Shown: positions 1 through 8,009 of the stretch, in pieces | Position numbering within the stretch: position 1 is the stretch's first letter | Layout of the letters: every line of letters begins with the position of its first letter | Assembly: GCA_902489795.1 (NCBI GenBank) | Contig: CABUBU010000003.1 | Coordinates: forward strand, 8,484 to 72,483 | DNA length: 64,000 bases | DNA from: an uncultured Azospirillum sp. | Lineage (GTDB): Bacteria; Pseudomonadota; Alphaproteobacteria; RF32; CAG-239 | Direction: 5' to 3' | Translations under genes and position numbers: made by a program | The notes under the pieces: generated by a model | Databases searched by the model: none | The model's input: the letters and a program-made list of their open reading frames with translations, nothing else | What the model was told of the DNA's origin: nothing

Positions 1-186
1 GTCATCAAAGCCCGTTCGGAAAATTACGTTACCTACGAATACAAGGACGTGCGCGTTGATGAACTGGCGCCGATCGCCTCCCGCTATTGTCTGGAACACG
101 GCAACCGTACCGCGGTGCTGCGCAGCGTAATCCTTTACAAAAATTATGCCCGCCGCGCCACTTTTGACTGCCTGCGCTTGCAATAG
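1..186 (+). CDS. 3' end of an unidentified CDS entering from the left window edge
   Basis: Frame 1 is open from base 1 to TAG at 184-186 (61 codons, ...VLRSVILYKNYARRATFDCLRLQ*). No family recognised. Confidence 0.3.
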   Translation, partial: VIKARSENYVTYEYKDVRVDELAPIASRYCLEHGNRTAVLRSVILYKNYARRATFDCLRLQ

Positions 187-252
187 ACTTTGTAAAACCC
201 TATATAGATACAAAGAAATAAAGATTGCAAACGTATCGGTCAAGAGTATCAG

Positions 253-1185
253 ATGGGAAAAGATTTATACAGCATTTTAGGCGTGTCCAAAAGCGCAACT
301 AAGGCGGAAATCAAGTCTGCCTATCATAAGCTGGCACGCAAATATCATCCCGACGTCAACAAGGACAATCCGTCGGCAGCCGAAAAATTTAAGGAAATTT
401 CGGCTGCTTACGACATTTTGGGGGATGACGAAAAAAGGAAAAAATACGACAACAACGAAATTGACGGCGACGGCAAGCCGACCGGTTTCGGCGCCGGTTT
501 CGGCGGTGCGTACGGCGGCGGCAATCCGTTCGGGCAGGGTGGTTTTTATTCGTCTTCCGGCGGACAAAACGCCAACTTCGACTTCTCTTCCATTTTCGGC
601 GACGACATTTTTTCGGCTTTCGGCGGCGGCCGGGGTGGTTATCAGGGCTTCGGTGGCAGCGCCAAACGGCCGCGCAAGGGCGAAGACATTACCTATACCA
701 TGCGGATCGATTTTCTGACCGCGGTTCGCGGCGGCGAACGTCAGGTCACGCTCGGCGGCCGCAACATCAACGTCAAAATCCCTTCCGGCACCGTTGACGG
801 ACAGACCCTGCGCCTGAAAGGTCTGGGCAGTCCGGGGCATTATAACGGAGAAAACGGCGATGTGCTGATAACCTTAAACGTCGACAAACACCCTTATTTC
901 GGGCTGGAAGGACAGAATATTACCATGGAACTGCCGATCACCGTCAAAGAAGCAGTTTTGGGCGCCAAAATTACCGTACCTACCATCGACGGTCAGGTGG
1001 CGGTCAAAATCCCGTCCTATGCCGGCAGCGGCGACAAACTGCGCCTGAAAGGCAAGGGCATCAAAAACCGCAACGGGCAGGGAGATCAGCTGATTACCCT
1101 GAAGATCGTCGCGCCGCGCAACAAAAATCCGGAGCTGGAGAGAGTTCTGCAAAGCATGCCGGATGAGAATGTCAGGACTTTTTAA
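253..1185 (+). CDS. cbpA: J-domain co-chaperone, CbpA-like (class II DnaJ without zinc finger)
   Basis: N-terminal J domain with HPD motif (KLARKYHPDVNKD). This is followed by a Gly/Phe-rich linker and two DnaJ C-terminal substrate-binding repeats (GEDITYTMRIDFLTAVRGG..., ...LRLKGKG...). No CxxCxGxG zinc-finger repeats are present. Confidence 0.9.
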   Translation: MGKDLYSILGVSKSATKAEIKSAYHKLARKYHPDVNKDNPSAAEKFKEISAAYDILGDDEKRKKYDNNEIDGDGKPTGFGAGFGGAYGGGNPFGQGGFYSSSGGQNANFDFSSIFGDDIFSAFGGGRGGYQGFGGSAKRPRKGEDITYTMRIDFLTAVRGGERQVTLGGRNINVKIPSGTVDGQTLRLKGLGSPGHYNGENGDVLITLNVDKHPYFGLEGQNITMELPITVKEAVLGAKITVPTIDGQVAVKIPSYAGSGDKLRLKGKGIKNRNGQGDQLITLKIVAPRNKNPELERVLQSMPDENVRTF

Positions 1186-1751
1186 TGCTTCTGGAGGCTT
1201 TGCGCGACTTTGAATGGTACAACGAGGCGGCGGACGTCGCTTTCGGCGAGCGCGGCGTGCGGGTGACGGCAGCGCCGCAGACCGATTTCTGGCAGGATGC
1301 CGTCCGCGGCTATCATCGGGACAGCGGTCATTTCTTTTTTGCCCGTCGCCGGGGCGCCTTTGTCATGACCGTTTGCTGGCGCTTCGGCATTCCCGTCGAT
1401 TTTGCCCAGTGCGGACTGATGGGGCGGGTTGACGAAAATCATTGGTTTAAAATTTCCGTCATGTCGAAAAACGGCAGTTCGCTTAACGTCGGCAGCGTCG
1501 TTACCGCCGGCGGCTGTTCGGACATGGCGCTGACGCCGCTTTCCGCCGGCGCGTCGGAAATCTGGTTCCGGCTGAAGAAAAACGACGACGGCACCTGCGA
1601 ATTGTCCTATTCCGTCAACGGCGTGGTTTTTGTTCCGGTTCGCTTGTTCCGCCTGCCGTTTGCCGACGATGTGCTTTCTGCCGGCGTTTTCGCCTGCAGT
1701 CCGTCGGACAAGCCCTATACCGCCCTGCTGACTTCGATTGATTTTTCATAA
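1185..1751 (+). CDS. DUF1349 family protein (concanavalin-A-like lectin/glucanase fold)
   Basis: The start overlaps the cbpA stop (TAATG). The sequence pattern FEWYNE...TDFWQ...GYHRDSGHFFF...GLMGRVDENHWFKISV matches the DUF1349 family as I remember it. Confidence 0.7.
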   Translation: MLLEALRDFEWYNEAADVAFGERGVRVTAAPQTDFWQDAVRGYHRDSGHFFFARRRGAFVMTVCWRFGIPVDFAQCGLMGRVDENHWFKISVMSKNGSSLNVGSVVTAGGCSDMALTPLSAGASEIWFRLKKNDDGTCELSYSVNGVVFVPVRLFRLPFADDVLSAGVFACSPSDKPYTALLTSIDFS

Positions 1752-1787
1752 GACGCGCGTGAAATTTTTTGTTCCGGCATCTGGTGT

Positions 1788-2432
1788 ATGAAATATTGCA
1801 AAATTGACAACCGTTCTCCCGGGCTGATTCTCTTTTTTTCCGGCTGGGGGTGTGATAAAAACCAGTTCGTCAATTTGTGCGATACCGATGACGTTTTGAT
1901 TTTCTGGAATTATCAAGATCTGGAACTGGATTTTGACTTTTCCGCTTAAGAAAGGATCAATCTTGTTGCCTATTCTGCCGGTGTCTTTGCTGCTGCAGCG
2001 CTAAGCCGGCGTCTGCCGCCTCTGCAAAAGAAAACAGCGGTCAACGGTAACCCATATCTGTTTGACGAAAAACTAGGGTTGTCGTCGGCAATGGTGGAAA
2101 CTTTCCGCGGAATTACGGCAGGAAATTATCTGTTCTTTCGCCGCGAATATATGGTGGAAGACGAAGATGAATTTATCCTCTACAATCGTCAGGAAAATTG
2201 CCGTACGATTGAGAGCCGCACCCGTGAACTGGAATGTTTGCAACAGCTCTATGAACGGGAAAAAACAGTCTTAGTCCCGATTTTTGATGCTGCGCTGATT
2301 TCCGATCACGACCGGATTTTTAACCTTGAGAGCCAGCGGCAGTTTTACGGAAGCAAAATGAAAATTTTGCCAAATGCCAAACACCATGATTTCTTCCGTT
2401 TCTTCTCTCTGGCGGAAATCTTAAATTACTGA
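1788..2432 (+). pseudogene. bioG: BioG-like (DUF452) pimeloyl-ACP methyl ester esterase interrupted by one in-frame TAA
   Basis: An ATG at 1788 and the ORF at 2079-2432 are in the same frame, separated only by TAA at 1947-1949. The joined product (GLILFFSGWGCD...YQDLELDFDFSA*ERINLVAYSAGV...TAVNGNP...) parallels Haemophilus BioG (LILYFAGWG...YQDLNLDFDLSAYRHIRLVAWSMGV...TAVNGTG). The stop sits where BioG has Tyr, just upstream of the nucleophile-elbow serine. Confidence 0.7.
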
Positions 2433-3005
2433 TTGTCTATCGCTTTTTGCCTTATCGTATGAATGTCGGCCGGAATTGTCTTTCCGGTTATAAAAGGACG
2501 CCTGCACCAAATTCCGGGGCGGTTTAGCGCAGGCCTTTTGGGGGTGTGGTGTTCAAAAGTCCGGCATATCGTCGTTTACCCGTAAACGGGAAAAATTCAT
2601 CGTCATTTAACTTTGTGCTGCACCTTTTAACTGATGTTGGATCTTTTTTGCCTCCTTCCGGGCATACCTGCCGGCAGCATTGACATGCTGTTCACGATAC
2701 TAACTTAAATCCGAATTTCTCATCGTTTTTCCTTTAAAGCCGTTCAAGGCGTTGTTTGCCGGGTATTATGAGGGGCATATGGCATGATCCGCTCTGTCAT
2801 GCTGTCTCTTTTAGGAGTATTGTTTTCGTCTTCGGACGGTTCACATTGTAAAAAACTTTTGACGATGTTCCAGTGCAAAGACAAAACGGTATTCGGGGCT
2901 GCTTATACAGGCTGCCGTATGCATGGATATTCACAGAAAACTCTTCTTCAGGATGGTCTGATGGAAAACGGCAGATGTTTTTTTATCCGCCAAGAACAAA
3001 GTGTA

Positions 3006-3152
3006 AAGGAAGCGGGAAAAAAGGGAGAGAAGGAAAGGGGAGAGGGAGGGGAAAACAGAGAAAAAAAGAAAAGAAAAAAAATTCAGGCCTGGTCAAGTGA
3101 TTCTTTGATGAGAGAGGAGGAAGATGAAAGGAAAAGTGGGGAAAGAAGAAAA
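3006..3152. repeat. Polypurine (AG-rich) low-complexity tract, + strand
   Basis: Runs such as gggaaaaaagggagagaaggaaaggggagagggaggggaaaacagagaaaaaaagaaaagaaaaaaa. It has the same compositional class as the tracts at 43669-43950, 46505-46760 and 52125-52490. Confidence 0.7.
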
Positions 3153-3156
3153 TGTT

Positions 3157-3625
3157 GCCTGTTCATTGAACCATGCATCAGGCGCGGCGTTTGAAACATA
3201 AACTTCCGCGGGTTGACGCAGGCGGTGTCAGCCATTCCATTCCCCAAACGCCTGTCCCCAAACCGTGCCGGCAAGCGCCTGTTCGTCCGGCAGAGCGGGA
3301 ATATGCCTGTTTCTGTCTGTTCACGCGGCGTTTGAAACATAAACTTCCGCGGGTTGACGCAGGCGGTGTCAGCCATTCCATTCCCCAAACGCCTGTCCCC
3401 AAACCGTGCCGGCAAGCGCCTGTTCGTCCGGCAGAGCGGGAATATGCCTGTTTCTGTCTGTTCACGCGGCGTTTGAAACATAAACTTCCGCGGGTTGACG
3501 CAGGCGGTGTCAGCCATTCCATTCCCCAAACGCCTGTCCCCAAACCGTGCCGGCAAGCGCCTGTTCGTCCGGCAGAACGGGAATATGTCTGCTTCTGTCT
3601 GTTCACGCGGCTTTTGAAACATAAA
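3157..3625. repeat. Tandem direct repeat, 141-bp unit, about 3.3 copies
   Basis: The unit starting cggcgtttgaaacataaacttccgcgggttgacgcaggcgg... recurs at 3185, 3326 and 3467, giving an exact 141-bp period. Copies 1 and 2 look identical and copy 3 has a few substitutions. A fourth partial copy starts near 3608. Confidence 0.9.
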
Positions 3626-3657
3626 AACAGGAAGAAAACGGGTGTCTTCCTCCTGTT
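3621..3657 (-). terminator. Probable rho-independent terminator downstream of the pilin paralog 3682-4269
   Basis: On the minus strand, aacaggaggaaga-cacccgtt-ttcttcctgtt forms an imperfect stem with a small bulge and is followed by a T run. Confidence 0.45.
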
Positions 3658-3681
3658 AAAAAGGATGTTCGTGTTTTGTGC

Positions 3682-4269
3682 TTATTCGTAGAACCAGGCA
3701 ATGCCGCATTTGTAAAAAGAGTGACAGTCGCAGAACTTTGCAGCATTTGCCGGCGTCAAAGGAGTGTCTTCTACCTTAAACTCGCCAAAGTCAAGATTGG
3801 AAGGAAAACCGCGAGGAGGTACCACCCCTGTAGGGCTGACAACAAGATATCGCAGTCCGCTGCCGGCGCCCCCCCAGTCGAAAGAGGCAAGCGTGATGCA
3901 GGTTTTTTGGGACAGACCGTTGTAAACAAAAACGAAGCCTTTGTTTTGGGAGATAGATCTGACAAATACTTCACCGTCGAAACGATTCAACAGTCGCTTA
4001 TTCATACCGGTAATTCTGTGAACCCCTTCAACAAGACTTGATTCCAACGCCAGTTTGTTTAACCCCTCATAGCTTTGCTGATCGGCATATAAATTTTTGA
4101 TTTTTTTGGTTGTCGTACTGATGTCGACAATTGTTTTGTCGATATTTATTTTTTCCATTGCCTTGGAGTATGCGGCTATACCTCCGATTGATAAAACGCC
4201 GATAACAGCCAATACACCTAATATTTCGACCATTGAGCGTCCGCTCTGGTTATTGTGGTAATGTTGCAT
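3682..4269 (-). CDS. Type IV prepilin paralog
   Basis: The leader MQHYHNNQSG|RSMVEILGVLAVIGVLSIGG has Gly at -1, Glu at +5 and a hydrophobic N-terminal helix. The body is paralogous to 6760-7356, sharing NLYADQQSYEGL / TLYSGQPNYSGL, GLSQKTCITLAS / GLGKEACVALGS and SFDWGGAGSG / SSDWGSGSGSG. Confidence 0.8.
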   Translation of the reverse strand: MQHYHNNQSGRSMVEILGVLAVIGVLSIGGIAAYSKAMEKINIDKTIVDISTTTKKIKNLYADQQSYEGLNKLALESSLVEGVHRITGMNKRLLNRFDGEVFVRSISQNKGFVFVYNGLSQKTCITLASFDWGGAGSGLRYLVVSPTGVVPPRGFPSNLDFGEFKVEDTPLTPANAAKFCDCHSFYKCGIAWFYE

Positions 4270-4382
4270 ACTGTATAGCCTTCATAAGAACAATTCATAT
4301 AAGAAATATGTTATTCTAAATAAAATTAAAATACAAGTGGTTTATATACCTTTAATACACATATAACCAATTGTTTTATATG

Positions 4383-4394
4383 TTTTTTTTTTTT
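4383..4394. repeat. Homopolymer T12 (A12 on the minus strand) upstream of the pilin paralog
   Basis: tgtttttttttttttgattcc read directly. The tract lies between the stop of 4439-6214 and the start of 3682-4269. Confidence 0.9.
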
Positions 4395-4438
4395 GATTCC
4401 TGAAAAATGTCACAAAAATGTAACAAAATATCAGTCTT

Positions 4439-6214
4439 TTATGGCTTGTATAATTTAAACTTTTTAATACCGATTGCCAAATAGTCTGATTTTTCCGTTT
4501 TGGCGTTTCGTTGAAATCTGATCAGTAAATTTTTATCTTTGCCGAGTATGCTTTGAGAAAAACAGAGTTTTTGGCGGAAAGGTGCTTGTTTGTCGGTGGA
4601 AATTACCCATTTATCCCTGTTTTTTCCATTAATTGATACATCAATTACAGCCGGTTTGTCATGTTTTTCAAACATGAGAATAAATTCAATGTCCAGACAT
4701 ATGTTCTCAACCTTTGAAAGGTCGACTTTAAGATGCAGGCCGTCCGTCCATATTGTTTGGACTTTCTTATAATGCGTGAGGGCGTACCGGACAATCTCGG
4801 CAGGATCAGTTACCTGTTTTCCGAGAGTGTAGGGAGAAGCCTTGTTAAGTTCCGGTTCTGCGGTTTGTTGCAAACTCTTATAAAAATCGGAAGATTTGCT
4901 GAATTCAGAGTCGAGAGCCAACCCATATTTTTCTTCCAAAGTGGGGGATGGTTTCCATAAGTTTCGCCCCAATGCCAGCCCGTTGTTGCTAAAACCAATA
5001 GCTTCCAGCAGCGTCGGCGCAATATCAAGTGTTGTCCAGCGGTGGTTTTGCGGCTTCAAATCTTGTTCGGGGTTGATGATCGTAAAAAATATTTGTCGTT
5101 TTTTACGATTCGGATAAACGGAGTTTTTTCCGTATACAATATGGTCGCCAATAATAGCAATGGTTGTATTATGGGAAAAACTCTGCTTTTGTACCCATTC
5201 GACGAAGTCTGCTGCCATTTTATCGGCGCAAAGAATCACATCGCGCTTATCACCGAATTTTTGACGGCATTCAGGGTCAAGAAAGGTTGTCGGTTCGTGC
5301 GTATCAACCGTTGTAATTATCGAAATAAAGGGCTTTTTGGCCTCAGCCAGATGCAAAATTTCTTTTTTGGCAATGGCGTATAAAACGCTGTCTTTGATCC
5401 CCCAGTCGTTGCCTTTTGCATCGCGAGCAATAGCGGGATATTTCCTTAGCAACTCCTCTTCCCCCGCAACTGTGTCAAAGCCGTGCTGACGGACAAATTT
5501 ATCCGTGTCGGCAAAGGTAATGTCGGCGCTTTTAATAAAATGAGTGTTGTAACCCTTGGTTTTCAAAATATCCGACAAGCAAGTCGCGTTCGGCAGATTG
5601 CTGTTGATGATTGAAAAAAGGTTTTTGAGCTTTGTTTCAGTTTTGTTGGGCAGACCGCAGATGCCGGCAGTCAGGGCAGAAATTGTTGCATCGGCGTACA
5701 TAAGCTGCCTAAAGCCCGGAAAACTGCTGTTTTGCTCCCGCAATGCAGACAGCCTCGGGAGCAGGTTTTGCCCTTCAACATTTCTGTAACCGTCTTCCAT
5801 AGATTCCAGATAAAGGATAATCAGGTTTCGTTTGCCGTTGCTGCCGATAAAGTTTTTTTCATTTGGTGCAATATACTCTTTGTCATAAATATCTGTTGTG
5901 GAAACTATGCCGAAGGCATATTGAAAAAGCTGGAATGTGTAAACAAACAAAGCAACGGCGACGAAGGCAATTACCATTTTGATTTTTGGCGGCAGATAAT
6001 GAACCGTTACGGCAGACAACAAGGCTGATATGCCGCAAACGACAATGAAATAATATCTGACATAGCTTCCGGCAGCGTTAATGTTCTCCGCATAAAAAAG
6101 CAGGTAATCAAACCGCGTACTGCCCCAAAAATGCAAGGTTACAACAGAAATACCCGCTAAAATGCCAAGGACAAAAAACAGGACGGAAATGAAGGCGAAA
6201 TTGCAAAATTTCAT
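4439..6214 (-). CDS. Membrane-anchored sulfatase / LTA-synthase (alkaline-phosphatase superfamily) transferase
   Basis: It has N-terminal multi-pass hydrophobic helices followed by a sulfatase-type domain (NLIILYLESMED, ATISALTAGICG, TTVDTHEPT, IIGDH). The ORF opens with TTG at 6226 and the first ATG is at 6214. The region is visibly more AT-rich than its neighbours. Confidence 0.75.
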   Translation of the reverse strand: MKFCNFAFISVLFFVLGILAGISVVTLHFWGSTRFDYLLFYAENINAAGSYVRYYFIVVCGISALLSAVTVHYLPPKIKMVIAFVAVALFVYTFQLFQYAFGIVSTTDIYDKEYIAPNEKNFIGSNGKRNLIILYLESMEDGYRNVEGQNLLPRLSALREQNSSFPGFRQLMYADATISALTAGICGLPNKTETKLKNLFSIINSNLPNATCLSDILKTKGYNTHFIKSADITFADTDKFVRQHGFDTVAGEEELLRKYPAIARDAKGNDWGIKDSVLYAIAKKEILHLAEAKKPFISIITTVDTHEPTTFLDPECRQKFGDKRDVILCADKMAADFVEWVQKQSFSHNTTIAIIGDHIVYGKNSVYPNRKKRQIFFTIINPEQDLKPQNHRWTTLDIAPTLLEAIGFSNNGLALGRNLWKPSPTLEEKYGLALDSEFSKSSDFYKSLQQTAEPELNKASPYTLGKQVTDPAEIVRYALTHYKKVQTIWTDGLHLKVDLSKVENICLDIEFILMFEKHDKPAVIDVSINGKNRDKWVISTDKQAPFRQKLCFSQSILGKDKNLLIRFQRNAKTEKSDYLAIGIKKFKLYKP

Positions 6215-6703
6215 TATATATTCCAACGTTGCTTATAAGATAATTTCTGCGACAGTTATAGCAATAATAAAGTTTTCATTCAAGCCGGATCAGCAGATAT
6301 CAAATTAAATAAGTGCAAACAGAATGACAGACAAGATTCCCCCATCTGCGGAATAGCCGCTGCCGCAAACGATGCCGATTGTTTTGAAGTTCAAATGCTT
6401 GCTTCCGAAACTCTGCAGGCCTCAGTATTAGATTGGAGTGTCTGCGTTTGCTTGCCTATACCGATGCTTAGAATATATATTATACTGGAGAATTTTGGCT
6501 AAAGCAGCAACAAAAGTTGTGGTCTGGGTATGCGCGCAATTGTGATAATGTTACTGTCAGACTGTTTTCTCATCCCGTTTCAAATAAATCAGCAGTTTCT
6601 GCAAGTCAAACCATCTCGACTTCAATAGCAAAGGAGTTTTTTATACGCTAAACTATAAGCTCTTTATTTATAACCACACGCTTGGCGCGTGGTTTTCATG
6701 ATA

Positions 6704-6741
6704 CAAAAAAAAAGAGGAAAATATTAAATTTTCCTCTTTTT
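6704..6741 (-). terminator. Rho-independent terminator after pilin gene 6760-7356
   Basis: A perfect 10-bp stem agaggaaaat/attttcctct (6713-6737) with a 5-nt loop. It is flanked by A9 on the + strand, which gives U9 on the minus transcript, and by T4 on the other side. Confidence 0.8.
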
Positions 6742-6759
6742 AGTATCTTATTCCGTAGA

Positions 6760-7356
6760 TTAGTTGTAGTTCCACACAACAACGTTCGTATCACCGGAAC
6801 CGTTGCAGCCTTTTGCTGCTGTAGCCAAAGACAACGGTAATGATGCATTTGCGGTTGTGCCGGAATTAGTCGGTAACTTTGTTACAGCAGCGTTACCGCT
6901 AGCATCAACACCTACACCGATCAAACCGGAACCAGAGCCTGAACCCCAGTCAGATGAACCAAGAGCCACACAGGCTTCCTTGCCCAAACCGGTAAAAGTA
7001 ACCCAGAAACTGCGACCGTCAGTACTCGCTTCAACAAATACCTTGCCATTGAAAGCATTAAATGCTTCTGTTGCCGAGGTCGTCTTTTTTCCGTTCAACA
7101 TTTCAGCGCCGATCGCACCCATCTGGATGGCGACTTGAGTGGTCAGACCTGAATAGTTCGGCTGACCGGAGTACAATGTACGAACGTTGGCAACGGTCAT
7201 AGAAACCTGATCCATAACTTTTGATAATTTGAACTTAGACATAGCTTTCGAATAACCGGCGATACCGCCAACCGACAAAACGCCGATAATGGCCAGAACG
7301 CCGAGCATTTCAACCATGGAACGTCCACTCTGTTCACTCTTGTATAAAGTCTTCAT
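6760..7356 (-). CDS. Type IV prepilin, candidate major pilin
   Basis: MKTLYKSEQSG|RSMVEMLGVLAIIGVLSVGG has Gly -1 and Glu +5. A GGGAGA RBS lies 7 nt upstream of the ATG at 7356. The gene has its own promoter and a strong terminator. The longer ORF start at 7386 would lie at or upstream of the predicted transcription start. Confidence 0.85.
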   Translation of the reverse strand: MKTLYKSEQSGRSMVEMLGVLAIIGVLSVGGIAGYSKAMSKFKLSKVMDQVSMTVANVRTLYSGQPNYSGLTTQVAIQMGAIGAEMLNGKKTTSATEAFNAFNGKVFVEASTDGRSFWVTFTGLGKEACVALGSSDWGSGSGSGLIGVGVDASGNAAVTKLPTNSGTTANASLPLSLATAAKGCNGSGDTNVVVWNYN

Positions 7357-7392
7357 TTTTTTCTCCCAAAAAAAATCATATTCCAAGTAATT

Positions 7393-7421
7393 ATAATAGC
7401 CAATTTTTAGCTATAATACAA
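7393..7421 (-). promoter_or_regulatory. Candidate sigma70 promoter for the pilin gene
   Basis: On the minus strand the reading is TTGTAT, a 17-nt spacer, then TATTAT (-35 at 7416-7421, -10 at 7393-7398). Confidence 0.5.
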
Positions 7422-7459
7422 GTCGTTTTTAGCCTGATACGATAAAATCCGCCACAAAA

Positions 7460-8008
7460 TTATTCCATTGTCCACAGGACTTTGGATCCGTTGCGACAGA
7501 TTTTCTTCGCTTCCGGCCGGCTAACCGGCAGCTTGAAGGTCTCTTCTCCCCAACTGAAGCTCTGACGGTTGTCTTTGCCGACGATGGTGACCTGTAAGAG
7601 GCCTAATTCTTCCGGTCGTTCAAAACGGTAGGCCGCAAGGGCAATGCATTCCCCCGTGTTCAATCCGCTGTAAACGACATCAAAACTGCGCTCTCCGGGC
7701 ATCACGGTATCGCCGTTTTCCCCGCTTCCGATTTTTACCGGTTTCCCGAGAGCATTAATCAATTTGCCGCCATCATAGGACAAATTGGTTAACATATTGT
7801 TATCAATTGTCGACTGGGTGCTCAATCCCCAGTAATCAACCCGGCTGGCATAGTTTTTGCGAACCAGCCGGGCGATTTCTTCCACCTGCAGTGCCGCTTC
7901 TTCCACTTTTTGGTTTGGCGAAACATATTGCCGGACAATAAGTACGATCGCTGCCGTCATTATCGCAAGCAAAACATACAGTTGGCGTGTTTGCAGATGC
8001 CTGTTCAT
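7460..8008 (-). CDS. Pilin-like protein lacking a canonical prepilin leader
   Basis: It has an N-terminal hydrophobic helix (LYVLLAIMTAAIVLIV) but no G/E+5 signature. The body shares the pilin paralog motifs (KNYASRVDYWGLSTQ, GLNTGECIALAA). Its start lies 2 nt after the stop of the platform gene. Confidence 0.55.
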   Translation of the reverse strand: MNRHLQTRQLYVLLAIMTAAIVLIVRQYVSPNQKVEEAALQVEEIARLVRKNYASRVDYWGLSTQSTIDNNMLTNLSYDGGKLINALGKPVKIGSGENGDTVMPGERSFDVVYSGLNTGECIALAAYRFERPEELGLLQVTIVGKDNRQSFSWGEETFKLPVSRPEAKKICRNGSKVLWTME

Positions 8009-8009
8009 G

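Noticed and set aside
2784-3194. 136-aa ORF ending in a Lys/Glu/Gly/Arg low-complexity tail
   Set aside because: It runs through the polypurine tract and has no RBS or recognisable fold. The same applies to the ORFs in the other purine/pyrimidine tracts (43605-44027, 43654-43962, 46427-46921, 46440-46769, 52124-52606, 52144-52509).
3157-3625. Possible CRISPR array
   Set aside because: The 141-bp units abut one another with no unique spacers. The unit is far longer than CRISPR repeats, and no cas genes are present. It is a plain tandem repeat.
3083-3691. ORFs 3083-3622(-), 3173-3691(+) and 3178-3606(-) across the tandem repeat
   Set aside because: All three frames stay open only because the 141-bp unit is a multiple of three. 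The products are repeats of arbitrary sequence with no start context or RBS.
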